A stretch of DNA of 64,000 nucleotides. Origin: the human T2T-CHM13v2.0 reference genome, Homo sapiens. Each line of letters begins with the position of its first letter. Positions within the stretch are counted from its first letter, which is position 1. The position numbers were made by a program, and so were the translations under genes. The stretch lies in NCBI RefSeq assembly GCF_009914755.1, contig NC_060936.1; one strand, given 5' to 3'. Shown here one piece after another: positions 1 to 11,998 of the stretch. A model generated the notes under the pieces. That model had not been told where the DNA came from. It ran no database searches and worked only from the letters and a program-made list of their open reading frames with translations.

Positions 1-1270
1 TGACTTACATTTTAAAAGTAACATCTAGCTGCCACGTGTAGAATAGACGGTAGAGAAATAAGAACAGATGGGAGCAAAGGTTTTCTGGCAGAGAAAGACT
101 TGTATCACTTCAATCCCCTTGAAGAAGGGGCTCACTTTCCCAGATGTGAAAAGTGTGGTTAGCTGACTGCCTCCAGTTGTTAGCTTCATGAGGGTTCCAC
201 CTTAGTTTTTCAGGTGTAGTCAAACACTTCTTAAAGTGGCTCCAGTCACTTTAAGTGGCTCAGTCAATCACTGAGCAAGTAGAGGTACAACAGGCTAGCC
301 ATTTCCTTCAAATGTGGGGTTTTCCAATGGGAAATCTTTGCTTCAGACTCCTGTTGGCCCAGCAGACACTGTGTCAGGTTGGCATCACTGTCTAACAGCA
401 ACCTCTGCCCAATCTGGCTTTCTTTTCAAGATCTTACTCCCCAATAAACTTTTTTCACTTTTTATGCCATGTTATTATCTGCTTCCTCGAGAACCCAACA
501 ATAATAGATGGGAAGAGGGAGATGAATTAAGATGCTAATTCAGGTGAGAGACGATGGTGCCTTGACTAGGTTAGTGAGAGTAGAGATCTTGGGGAAAAGA
601 TTGCAGTTATACTCTGAAGGTGGCATCAATAGTAATTGCTAAGAAGTTGAATTTGGGATGTGATGGAAAGATTGGAGTCAAGGTTGACTTCACATTTTTG
701 TCTTGAACATTTGGAAGCATAGAGTTGCTTCTCTTTACCAAAATGAAGAAAATGGTCAAAGGAATAGGCTAGGAGGATCTTAGAAAAAATTGAGTTCAAT
801 GGTAGCATATTAATATTGTCATGTTGAGTTGGATTTTCCAGTCTGGATTTTGGGTGAGTGGTCACTGATGAATGCACACATTTGGAAGTTACCAGCCTAT
901 TGTGGTATTTAAGCCACACACATGGAAACTCATGTAGGAAATGCAAGTAGATAGAGAAGTATTGCACTTTATGACACTTTAAAGTTTAGAAGTCAGTTAA
1001 AAAAACTAGGAGAAGCCAGTTAAAAGAGAAGGCATAACTGCTGGGTTAGTGAAAGAGGCAAGAGAGCTTGTACCAGGCAATAACTGAAGGAAGTGTTTCA
1101 AAAAAGAAGGAAAGATCATTTGATTCAAATGTTGCTGAAATATACAGTACAATGAAAACTGATACATCACTACTGGATTTAAAAACATGGAATCAGTGAC
1201 CTTGATAAGGTTGTTTTATTGAGATGGGGAAGAATGAAGCTTGAGTGATGTGCGTTCAAGAGCAAATGTT
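1..1270 (-). mobile_element. Ancient L2 LINE fragment, split by an LTR16-like LTR at about 76-503
   Basis: 'tgacttacattttaaaagtaacatctagctg...gaatagac' and 'caggtgagagacgatggtgccttgactagg...ggagtcaaggttgacttc' follow the antisense L2 consensus in order across the interruption. Boundaries approximate. Confidence 0.7.
76..503 (+). mobile_element. LTR16-like (ERVL) solo LTR
   Basis: 3' end 'ccccaataaacttttt...tctgcttcctcgagaacccaaca' resembles the LTR16 terminus, including AATAAA. It interrupts the L2. Confidence 0.55.
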
Positions 1271-1358
1271 AGATATGAAAGTGTACAAATGCAAGCACAT
1301 AGCACCACTCTAGATAAATTAAGCAAGAGCTACAGATAGGTCTAATGCTAAAACAAGG

Positions 1359-2144
1359 TGTGTTAGGCCATTCTTTCATTGCTATAAAGAAATACCTGAG
1401 ACTTGGTCATTTATAAAGAAAACATGTCTAATTGACTCACAGTTCTGCAGGCTGTACAGAAGCATAGCAGCATCTGCTTCTAGGGAGGACTCAGGAAGCT
1501 TACAATCATGGCGGAAGGCAAAGATAGAGTAAGCACATCACATGGTGAAAACAAGAACTGAGAGATAGCAGGGAGATTTCACACACTTTTAATGTTTTCT
1601 TTTTGAGATGGAGTCTCGGCTAATTTTTTGTATTTTTTTCTTTCTTTCTTTCTTTCTTTTTTTTTTTTGAGACGGAGTCTTGCTGTGTCACCCAGGCTGG
1701 AGTTCAGTGGCGCGATCTCTGCTTACTGAAACCTGTGTCTCCCAGGTTCATGCCATTCTCCTGCCTCAGCCTCCTGAGTAGCTTGGACTACAATCACTCT
1801 GCACCAGGCCCGGCTAATTTTTTTGTATTTTTAGTAGAGACGGGGTTTCACCGTGTTAGCCAGGATGGTCTCAACCTCCTGACCTTGTGATCTGCCCACC
1901 TTGGTCTCCCAAAGTGTTGGGATTACAGATGTGAGCCACTGCACCCAGCCATTTCACACACTTTTAAATGACCAGATCTTGATAGAACTCATTATCACAA
2001 GGACAGTAGCAAGGAGATGGTACTAAACCATTCATGAGAAATCTGCCCTATGATCCTATCACTTCCTACTAGGTCCCACCTCCAACACTGGGGATTAGAA
2101 TTCAACATGAGATTTCGGTGGGGACACACATCCAAATCATATCA
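1359..2144 (-). mobile_element. MST-family MaLR solo LTR with nested Alu
   Basis: Starts 'tgtgttaggccattct...gctataaagaaatacctgagact' and ends 'ccaaatcatatca'. 5-bp flanks caagg/caggg. Confidence 0.9.
1593..1950 (-). mobile_element. Alu (AluY/Sc-like) with chimeric extended tail
   Basis: Dimeric Alu with 'catgccattctcc' and 'accgtgttagccaggatgg'. Exact 17-bp TSD atttcacacacttttaa at 1576-1592 and 1951-1967. Confidence 0.95.
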
Positions 2145-2169
2145 CAGGGACTTATCTAGGTGATTGCTA

Positions 2170-2596
2170 CAGATGACGCTTGTACAACATAGGTTTGAAC
2201 TGTGTGGGTTCACTTACACATGGATTTTTCTTCTGTCTCTGCCACTCCTGAGAAAACAAGAACAACCCCTCCTCTTTCTTCTCTTCAGCCTACTCAACAT
2301 AAAGATGACATGAATGAAGACCTTTATAATGACTCACTTCCACTTAATAGTAATTATATTTTATCTTTCTTATAATGTTTAATATTATATTTTCTTTTCT
2401 CTAGCTTATCTGATTGTAAGACTATAGTATATAAGATAACTAATATGCAAAATACATGTTAATCAACCGTTTATATTTTTGGTAAGGCCTCCAGTCAACA
2501 GCAGGCTGTTAGTAGTTAAATTTTAGGGGAGTCAAAAGTTATACATGGATTTTCAACTCTGTGCTCCTTATCTTCACATTGTTCCAGGGTCAAATC
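2170..2596. mobile_element. Tigger2a/MER28-type TcMar DNA transposon relic
   Basis: Degenerate TIRs 'cagatgacgcttgtacaa' and 'ttgttccagggtcaaatc', TA on both flanks, and a Tigger2-like interior. Confidence 0.8.
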
Positions 2597-2604
2597 TATT
2601 ATCT

Positions 2605-2830
2605 TAACAAACATTTATATATCAATTACAGTGTTCCAGACATTTTTAATGTACACTAGGACATAACTGATTTAATGCTCATAACTACTCTAGGAGGGAT
2701 GGACTCCTATTTTAGTTGGGAATTTGAGGAGAGAGATATTAAGTAATATATAATTGCCTAAGGTCATACAGCTAGTAATGTGTGAAGATGGTAATTGAAC
2801 CTATGTAATCAGAATTAAAATCTTCTCAAT
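2605..2830 (-). mobile_element. MIR SINE
   Basis: MIR core 'ttgcctaaggtcatacagctagtaatgtgtgaag'. Confidence 0.7.
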
Positions 2831-4463
2831 AATCAATTCTTCTAACTCTACACCCTATGGCATAGGCAATTTTTTATATTGGAGTTTAAATACTAATGTG
2901 AATATGATTATAAGGAAAATTTGATGATGTGAGAGTGGAAAAAGTTACAGGAAAAAATACTTAGGTATTCAGAAGGTATATAAATGCAGTGCATAATTGG
3001 AGGATTTGGCTTTAGATAGAAGCAGGAATATTTCATTTATTGTGATTGGTGAGAAGGCTAAACACTTGAGTGCATACACACATACATTTTTATCTTTGGT
3101 TTTGAGAGAATGAGAAAGTTCTCTTTTGATTGTTACTATTTTCTACTTAAATGTGAAGGGAAAGGAGAAGGTGTGAAATAGTGCTGTTTTTTGGATGGGA
3201 GAATAAAATGACTTGGAGAATATGAAAGGATTGTCTTGGACCAGTTACAACCTACTTGATATTTGTGGTCCTAAAAGTAAAGTGATTCATTCAGTACATT
3301 TATCATGTTGTTTTTCTATAGCAAGTTCAGCTGCTTATGCATATCAATAAAATAGGTGAAGAATTTTATTTAACCAGATTTGAAGTTTTGCCAGATGAGT
3401 GTTATAAAAGGAGACAAGGATGAGGGATTTGAGGTTTTATGAAACGGACCTGGAGTTTTTGTTTGTTGAGTGAAGAAGGAAGGACATGGGATGAGGAAGC
3501 TAATAATGACAAGCATGTAAGGCACTAGATCACAGGTTCTAGTGCTCAAAAATAATTGATGGAAATGGAAGTATTAGAAGGAGTGAACTGGACTTGAAGG
3601 TGGTAACATTAAGACTGACAAAGAGCAGACTCACTCTACTTATAAAGTCAAAAGTAACTTCTAAGTTTATTAGAAATTGTTTCTTTATGTGAAATTCAGT
3701 TATTCAATCTCAATGAATAGCTGTTCTACTAGAGTAAATTACTGTAGTATTAAATTTGAATAAGACATAAGAATGCCTCTCTGTGTGTTTAAACATAAAA
3801 TGATTCTACTAAATGAATATTTGTTACTTAGTAGTGCTGATGGTGTAACAGGCAAAGTCACCATTTGTCTCTATTGGTGTGTGAAATTTAAACATTTAAA
3901 AGTAATAAAAGTTATGATTTTATGTAATATTATTAAGCACTTTATTATACACCATCACAGTACTGTGCTTAATAATATTACATATGCTATCTCTGAACTA
4001 ATTGTTGGTACCAGTGGGATGGGATTCACTGGTAGCTAGATCTGGGCCTGAAGCGGGTGGTATTAGTCCAATGTGAATTTTATGAGCTGAGTTGAAAAGG
4101 GATTGCTCCTTAAATGAAATTTGAGATGTCCTTATTACAAAAAGGGGAGCTGAATGTGAGGTAGGCCCAAACCAAAAAATCCATCATTATTACTGACCAC
4201 CTTTAGTAATCTCATAAGATCTCTTGTAGATTTTCAGATCATCTAAAGCAGCCTAATGAAAGACCACTGAATATTTGTCCAGACTAGGAGAGTCAGCACG
4301 ATGTATATTCTTACTAGTAGATGATTGGTATCATTTGAACTAAATTATCAAAATTTTGACTTGTACTTCCTAACACTTTTTAGTTAAATCCTAAACGTTT
4401 GCCAATGTGCAAGGTTTTGCTCAGTGTACTTTACCAAATTGTGCTCCACTTTTGTTTTATTTA

Positions 4464-4751
<288 letters not shown>

Positions 4752-5525
4752 CACTTTTGTTTTATTTAACTACAGCTTGCACTTGTATAATGACACCACT
4801 TAAGGAAAAATTTTTAGTGGTGCTTGGAATAAATAATAACTGTAATTTCATGCACTGGGAGACTGTTCTGAAAGATTAATTCATTCCAAGATTCACATCG
4901 GCTGAGATAGAAATCAGTATTCAGCTTTGACTTTTCATTTTAATTATTCTTACCTATTCCCATTTTTCCTTCAGTGATTAATTTTTCTGTAGGAAAATGA
5001 TGAAATTTGATCCACCAATATGAGTGACTGGGATGCTAATAGAAGACTAAACTGGAGGACTAAATACCTGAATCTGTTTGACTCTAGGCAGAGCCTTTAA
5101 CATCAATATATATCTGAGAAACATTATAATATGGAATTGTCCCCATCTCCTTTTATACTTATGCAGTTTTTGGGAATTATTTTAATGTATATTTTCATAT
5201 ATATATATATATAAATGCAGATTATAGTATAATAAACTGTAATTTACATATCATCCAGCTTTAAAAAGTGTTAACTCAATGGCCATTTCTATCTTTAATA
5301 TCATAATCAAATTTGCATTTTATAAAAGTAACACTTTTGTGGTGACATTAACACTGGTGGAAATGGTTTGAAATATAGTGAAGCTCATGTCAGAAAACCA
5401 TTTAGGTAGCTATGGTGTTTATCCAGGTGAGAATCTGAATTTAAGTCAACAAGAGATTGGAGTTATACACACACACACACACATATATGATATCCAATTC
5501 TTATATATATAAAGATACAGGATTT

Positions 5526-8500
5526 GGAGAGGAGGTGGAACAAGATGGGTGAAGAGAAGCCACCACTGATCATTCTCCCTGCAAGAACACCATATTTAAC
5601 AACTATCTACACAACAAACCATCTTCATAAGAACCAAAAATCAGGTGAGCAATCACAGTACCTGGTTTTAACTTTATATCACTGAAGGGAACAGGAAGAA
5701 TAGTTTTGAATTGCAGCCATTACCCCTTCTCCACCCCCTGGCAGTGGCTGTGCAGTACAGAAACTCTGCACTTGGGCAAGGGAGAGTGTAGTGATTGTGG
5801 GGCTTTGCATTGGAACTCAGTGCCGCCCTGTCACAACAGAAAGCAGCACTGAGCATGACTCAGTCAGTGCCCATGGAAGGAGCATATAGATCAACTGAGA
5901 CAGAGGGGAATAATCTGTCCTAGCAGTCGGAACTTGAAGTTCAGCAAGCCTTGCTACCATGTACTAAAGTGCTCTGGGGTTCTAAATAAACTTAAAATGC
6001 AGGCTAGGCCACAAGAACTGCAATCCCTGGGAAGAGTAAAGAGGACTTTATCTTGCAACTTGGATACCAGCTCAGCTGCGTAGAATAGGGCATCAGGCCC
6101 TCCATTCCCTACCCTAACTCCCAGACAATATCTCCAGGCATATTCTGGGCCAGAAGGGAACCTACTACCTCGAAGGGAAGGACCAAATCCTAGCAGGATT
6201 CATCACCTTCTGACTAAAGAGCACTTGAGCCCTAAATAATCAGCAGCAAGGAGCAGGCAGTACATGCTGTGGGCCTTGGGTGAGACTTTCAGATGTGCTG
6301 GTTTCAGGTGTGACCCAGCACATTCCTAGCTGTGTTGGACACAAGGAGAGACTCCTGTTGGAAAAAAGGAGAGGGAAGAATAAAGGGAGCTTTTTCTCAC
6401 AGCTTATGTACCAGCTCAGCCACAGTGGAGTAGAGCAGCAAGCAGACTCTTGGGGTGTTTGATTTCAGGCCTTGGCTCCTGGATGGAATTTTGGACTGTC
6501 CCTAGGTCAGAGGGGAACCCACTGCCCTCCTACGCCTGTCAGCATTTACCGTAAGCTTACTGAAGAGCCCTTAGGCCTTCAGTGAACATCAGGCAATACT
6601 TGCCGCAGGCCTGGGGTGGTGGTGGCCACAGGAAGAAACTCCTCTGCTTGTGTAAAGGGGAGGAAAGAGTGGGAAGAACTTCATCTTGTGGTTTGGGTGA
6701 CAGCTCAGCCATAGTAGAATGGAACACCAGATAGATTTCCAAGGTTTAAGAATCTAGGCCCTGGCTCCCTGATAGAAACTCTGGATCCACATGGGGCTTA
6801 GGGGGAACATGCTGCTCTGAAGGGAAGCACACAAGCCTGGCTGGCTTCACCACCTGCTGATTATAGAGTCCTAGAGTCTTCAGCAAATATAGACAGTAGC
6901 CAGGCAGTGGGCTTTGGGTGAGATCAGTGCTGTGTTGGCTTCATGTTTGACCCAGAACAGTCTTAGTGGTGGTGACCACAGGGATGCTTGTTTCACCCCT
7001 CCCCCAGCTCCAGGCAGCTCAGACAGAAAGAGAGAGACCCCATTTATTTGGGACAACGTAAGGGAAGAGAACAAGAGATTCTGCCTGGTGATCCAGAGAA
7101 TTCTTCTGGGTCTTATCCAAGACCACAAAAGCAGTACCTCTATGAGTCTGTAAGTGCCACAGTGTTACTGGGTTTGGGGTCCCCTCTAATGCAGATATGG
7201 CTGTAGTGACCAAAAACTTAGATCAAAACACCCAAGTCCTTTTGAATACCTGGAAATACTTCCCAAGAAGGATGTGTACAAACAAGCCCAGATGTGGAGA
7301 CTACAATAAATACCTAACTCTTCAATACCTAGATACCGGTGAACATCCGAGTGTTAGGCCATTCTCACATTGCTATAAGGAAACACCTGAGACTGGGTAA
7401 TTTATAAAGAAAAGATGTTTAATTGGCTTATGGTTCTGCAAGCTGTCTAGAAAAAACAATGTTGGCATCTGCTTAGCTACTGAAGAGGCCTCAGGGAGCT
7501 TTTACTCATGGCAGAAGGCAAAGAAGGAGCACGCATGTCACATGGCAAAAGAAAGTGCAAGAGAGAGAGCAGGAAAGTGCCACAAACTTTTAAATGACAG
7601 GATCTTGTGAGAACTCACTCACTATGGTGAGGACAGTACCAAGGGGGTGATACTAAATAATTCATGAGAAACTGCCCCTATGATTCAATCACCTCTCACC
7701 ATGCCCCACCTCCAACGTTGGGGATTATATTTTGACATGAGATTTGGGCAGAGACACACATCCAAACTATATCAATCCACAAGCACCAAGACGATACAGG
7801 AAAACATGACCTCACCAAACAAAGTAAATAAGGCACCAAGGACCAATGCCAGAGAGAGAGAGATATGTGAGCTTTGAGACAGCGAATTCAAGATAGCTCT
7901 TTTGAGGAAAGTCAACAAAACTCAAGATAACACAGAAAAGAAATTCAGAATACTATCAGATACATTTAATAAAGAGATTGAAATAATTAAAAGGAAACAA
8001 GCCCTGATTCTGGAGTTGAAAATGTGATGACATACTGAAGAGTGCATTGGAGTCTCTTAATGGTGGAATCAATCAAGCAGAAGAGAGAATTCATGAGCTT
8101 GAAGATAGACTATTTGAAAATACACAGAAGTGATAAAAGAAAAAAGAAGAAAAAAATGAAGCATGCTTACAAGGTCTGGAAAATAGCCTCAAAGTGGCAA
8201 ATCTGAGTTACTGGACATAAAGAGGAGGTAAAGAGAGAGATAAAGGTAGAAGAGTTCAATGTATGAAACTATTAAAAGAAAACACTGGGCAAAGATTTCT
8301 CGAGTAATACTCCACAAGCACAGGCAACCAAAGCAAAAGTGGACAAGTGAAATCACATCAAGTTAAAATGCTTCTGCACAGCAAAAGAAACAATCAACAA
8401 AGTGAAAAGACAACCCAAAGAATGAGAGAAAATATTTGCAACCATCCATCTGACAAGGAATTAATAGCTAGAATACATAAGGAGCTCAAACAACTCCATA

Positions 8501-9548
8501 GGAAAAATCTAATAATCTGATTTAAAATGGGCAAAACATTTGAGTAGACATTTCTCAAAAGAAGACATACAAATGGCAAACAGACATGAAAAGGTGCTCA
8601 ACATCATTGATCATCAGAGAAATGCAAACTAAATTACAATGAGACATCATCTCACCACAGTTAAAGTGGCTTATGTCCCAAAGATAGGCAACAATAAATG
8701 CTGGCAAGGATGTGGAGAAAAGGGAACTCTTGTATAGTGTCGTGGGAATGTACATTAGTACAACCACTATGGAGAACAGTTTGGAGGTTCCTCAGAAAAC
8801 TAAAAATAGAGGTACCATACAATCCAGCAATCCCACTGCTGGGTATATAACCACAAGACAGGAAGTCAGTATATCAAAGAGATACCTGCACGCCCATGTT
8901 AGTTGCAGTACTGTTCACAATAGCCAAGATTTGCAAGCAACGTAGGTCTCCATCAACAGATAAATGGATAAAGAAAAATGTGTTACATATACACTATGGA
9001 GTACTACTCAGCCATAAAAAGGATGAGATTCAGTCAGTTGCAACAACATGGATGGAACTGGATTTCATTATGTTAAGTGAATGAAAGAAGCCAGTCATAG
9101 AAAGACAAACTTTTTATGTTCTCACTTATTTGTGGGAGCTAAAAATTAAACCAATTCAACTCCTGGAGATAGAGAGTAGAATGATGGTTAACAGAGGCTG
9201 GGAAGGGTAGTAGGTAGGGAAAGTGACAATTGTTAATGGGTACAAAAAATAGTTAGATATAATGAGTAAGAGCTTGTACTTGATAGCACAACAGGGACTA
9301 TAGTCAATAATATATTGTACATTCAAAAATAACTAATGGAGTATAGTTAGATTGTTTGTAACACAAAGACTCAATGGTTGAGGTGATGGACACCTCATTT
9401 ACCCTTAGGTAATTATTATGCATTGTATGTCTATATCAAAATATCTCAAGTACCCCATAATACAGAAATATCTGTATGTACCCACAATATCTCATGTACC
9501 CCATAATGCAGAAAATATCTATATATACCCACAAATATTTTCTTTTAA
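5526..9548 (+). mobile_element. L1MA-type LINE-1 with 5'UTR, internally deleted, MST LTR nested
   Basis: Long monomer-containing 5'UTR colinear with 52306-54660, ORF1 start 'ENMTSPN' near 7800, jump to the ORF2 3' end at about 8259, and an L1MA 3'UTR. Degenerate TSD aaagatacaggattt / aaagaggcagaatct (11/15). Confidence 0.9.
7350..7774 (-). mobile_element. MST-family MaLR solo LTR inserted in the L1MA
   Basis: 'gtgttaggccattctcacattgctataagg...ccaaactatatca'. Flanks atccg/atcca. The second L1MA copy is uninterrupted at this point (about 54640). Confidence 0.9.
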
Positions 9549-11664
9549 AAAGAGGCAGAATCTACCTGGCCACTGGTTAAAGGAGCTATGCTGTAAAACA
9601 TTCTGACAAGGGAACTCTTGGTGTCATTTGATTATTTTCTTCTTCAGTTTAAACATTACCAGTATACTATTAACTATTTATAGTACTGTAAAACTTTCTT
9701 TTGCAGTCTTAAAAATCACAATAATATATTTGTTTTCTGGTTAAAATTTATAATCAGATTAAAATTTGTTACAAAATTTTGTTGAATGTAAAAATTAATT
9801 TTTGTTTGATCTCCTGGTTTTTGAGAAAGTGGAACTAACAGAAATGTACTTGACACAAAACAGAGGCTTAATTAATGTGTTTCTGAGACCCAGTAAGTAT
9901 ATTGTCCTTAAATACTTCAGAAATGGTTATTTTATTAAACTAAAAAAATACTCACCAACTTCTAGAAATCGCCTGGATATGTTTATAGTTAGAATACAAC
10001 ATAATGACACTATAAAAGTAAAACTTAAAGAAGGAAAAGCTAAGTTATAAAAAGAGAAATAAGCTAGTAGATAATTCATTGGCTGTTTTAGTTATGTTCC
10101 TGCTGAAAGTAAGATGGTTGGGCTGATTCTATTATTGTATAATGCTATAAGTAAACTGGTTTTATTTTTTTAAGTTAAATGCAATGTGTGTGTGTGTAGG
10201 TGTGCGTGTATGTGTATTAGTATTTAATGACACTGGATAACTTACAACATATTTGGTTTAACACTTAAATATCACAAAGAGAAAAAAATAAACATGACTT
10301 TGATTTCTAAAATTTTTATAGGAGACCATATTGTCATTTCAAATACAACAAATCATGAAAAATGACCCCACTTCTACTCTAACTTTACCACATTGGGGAG
10401 GAAGAGAGAAATCCTGCACTTTGATCATTAATACATAGTGTCTATATAAATTGAGATCTTACATGATGACATTATGGGAGCTGATACTTGCAAAAACACA
10501 CTGGGATAGATATAGTTCAACCTTATCTTTTCGTCTTGAAAATTTCATAATTCCCACTTCAAGAAAAGTTCTTCCTACTTATCCTTCTCTGCTTTTCCCA
10601 CCACCACTAACATGTTAAAAAAATGTAGAACTTTCAGTAATATGTTTTGTCTCCAAACTGCCAGAAGTTGGAGTACAATATTGTTTATATACAAATCTGA
10701 TTAGTATTCTTTGGAGAGTTTGTACTTCATTGGTTCTACTTTGTCTGAGAGCAGATGGAGCCCTAAAGTGAAGCTATTATTATTTTTCAAAAGCATAACC
10801 TATTCTGGAAGTGTTCTCTTTTTAATGAAGTGAGCCATCAGAAATAGAGAAGAATCTCTTACTTATCTTATGACTAATATGCATGGATAATTGATTTCCT
10901 GGTGTGAAATACATAACCTACTTTGGAAATCATGTTTTTCTCCCTTTTCTCCAAAGCTGTGGACAAGATTTATTTTAAAATTGAAAATATCATCTGGTAT
11001 TGTCTCCCTTTTAATTATATTAGGATTTTATGAGTCCTTTCAGTCTGGACACTCTGCTGTTTCTGAGTTCATCGTTTTGTGTGCTTTTTGGCATCTAAGG
11101 AAAAGACAACTTGAGTAAATCATGGAAGAGGTCCTTACCATACCATCCAATGCAAAAATCCTTTTCCAATTCCAATAAATTAACAAAACTTTGAGATTTC
11201 CTGTATTCTTAAAACCTTTCAAAAGCCGCAAGAACAATGGACTGATAGCAATGTAATTTCTCACTTGTATTTGCAAACATTGATAAAAATTGCCATATGA
11301 TTACTGCCTTTCAGTTTGGTTAATTAAACTATTCTAATTAGGAAATAGGAGCTCTGGGAGAAACATGAGCATTTATTTGTTCACTCCTTCATATTTAATT
11401 CAATAAATATTTATTATCAATAATACGTTGCATACTGTGTTAAGATGCTAAAACTGACATTTTGGATGAGATACACTTGTACTTTATACCATCTATTTAC
11501 CATAATGAAGTCTAAAATATGACTCAGTATGATGGCAACCAAGAATTTGGTTTTGTGCTTAAAGTAGAACTCCCCCAAAGTAGAAGCCAACTGACTTTAT
11601 GAAACACTGTGCCAATAAAATTTATGTAGTAATTTTATAAAAGTGGTAAGTGCTACTATAAGCA

Positions 11665-11998
11665 TTTTTTTTTAAGATGGAGTCTTGCTCTGTTGCCCAG
11701 GCTGGAGTGCAGTGGTGCAATCTTGGCTCACTGCAGCCTCTGTCCCTGGGTTCCAGCGATTCTCTTGCCTCAGCCTCCTGGGTAGCTGGGATTGCAGGTG
11801 CACCCCACCATGCCTGGCTAATTTTTGTATTTTTAGTAGAGACGGGGTTTTGCCATTTTGGCAAGGCTGGTCTTGAACTCCTGACCTCAGGTGATCTGCC
11901 TGCCTTGGATCACTAATTAGCTTTTGACATTGTCAGGCATTTTACCATTTTACCTCCCAAAGTGCTGGGATTACAGGCATGAGCCACAGCGCCCAGCC
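11665..11998 (-). mobile_element. AluS carrying a 44-bp non-Alu insertion
   Basis: Dimeric Alu with flanking repeat tataagcat. Foreign sequence at 11909-11952 lies between 'gccttgg' and 'cctcccaaag'. Confidence 0.95.

Noticed and set aside
3960-4190. Very old MLT1-type LTR remnants (also about 24535-24700, 62280-62380 and 63660-64000)
   Set aside because: The resemblance is too faint to assign a family or boundaries by eye.
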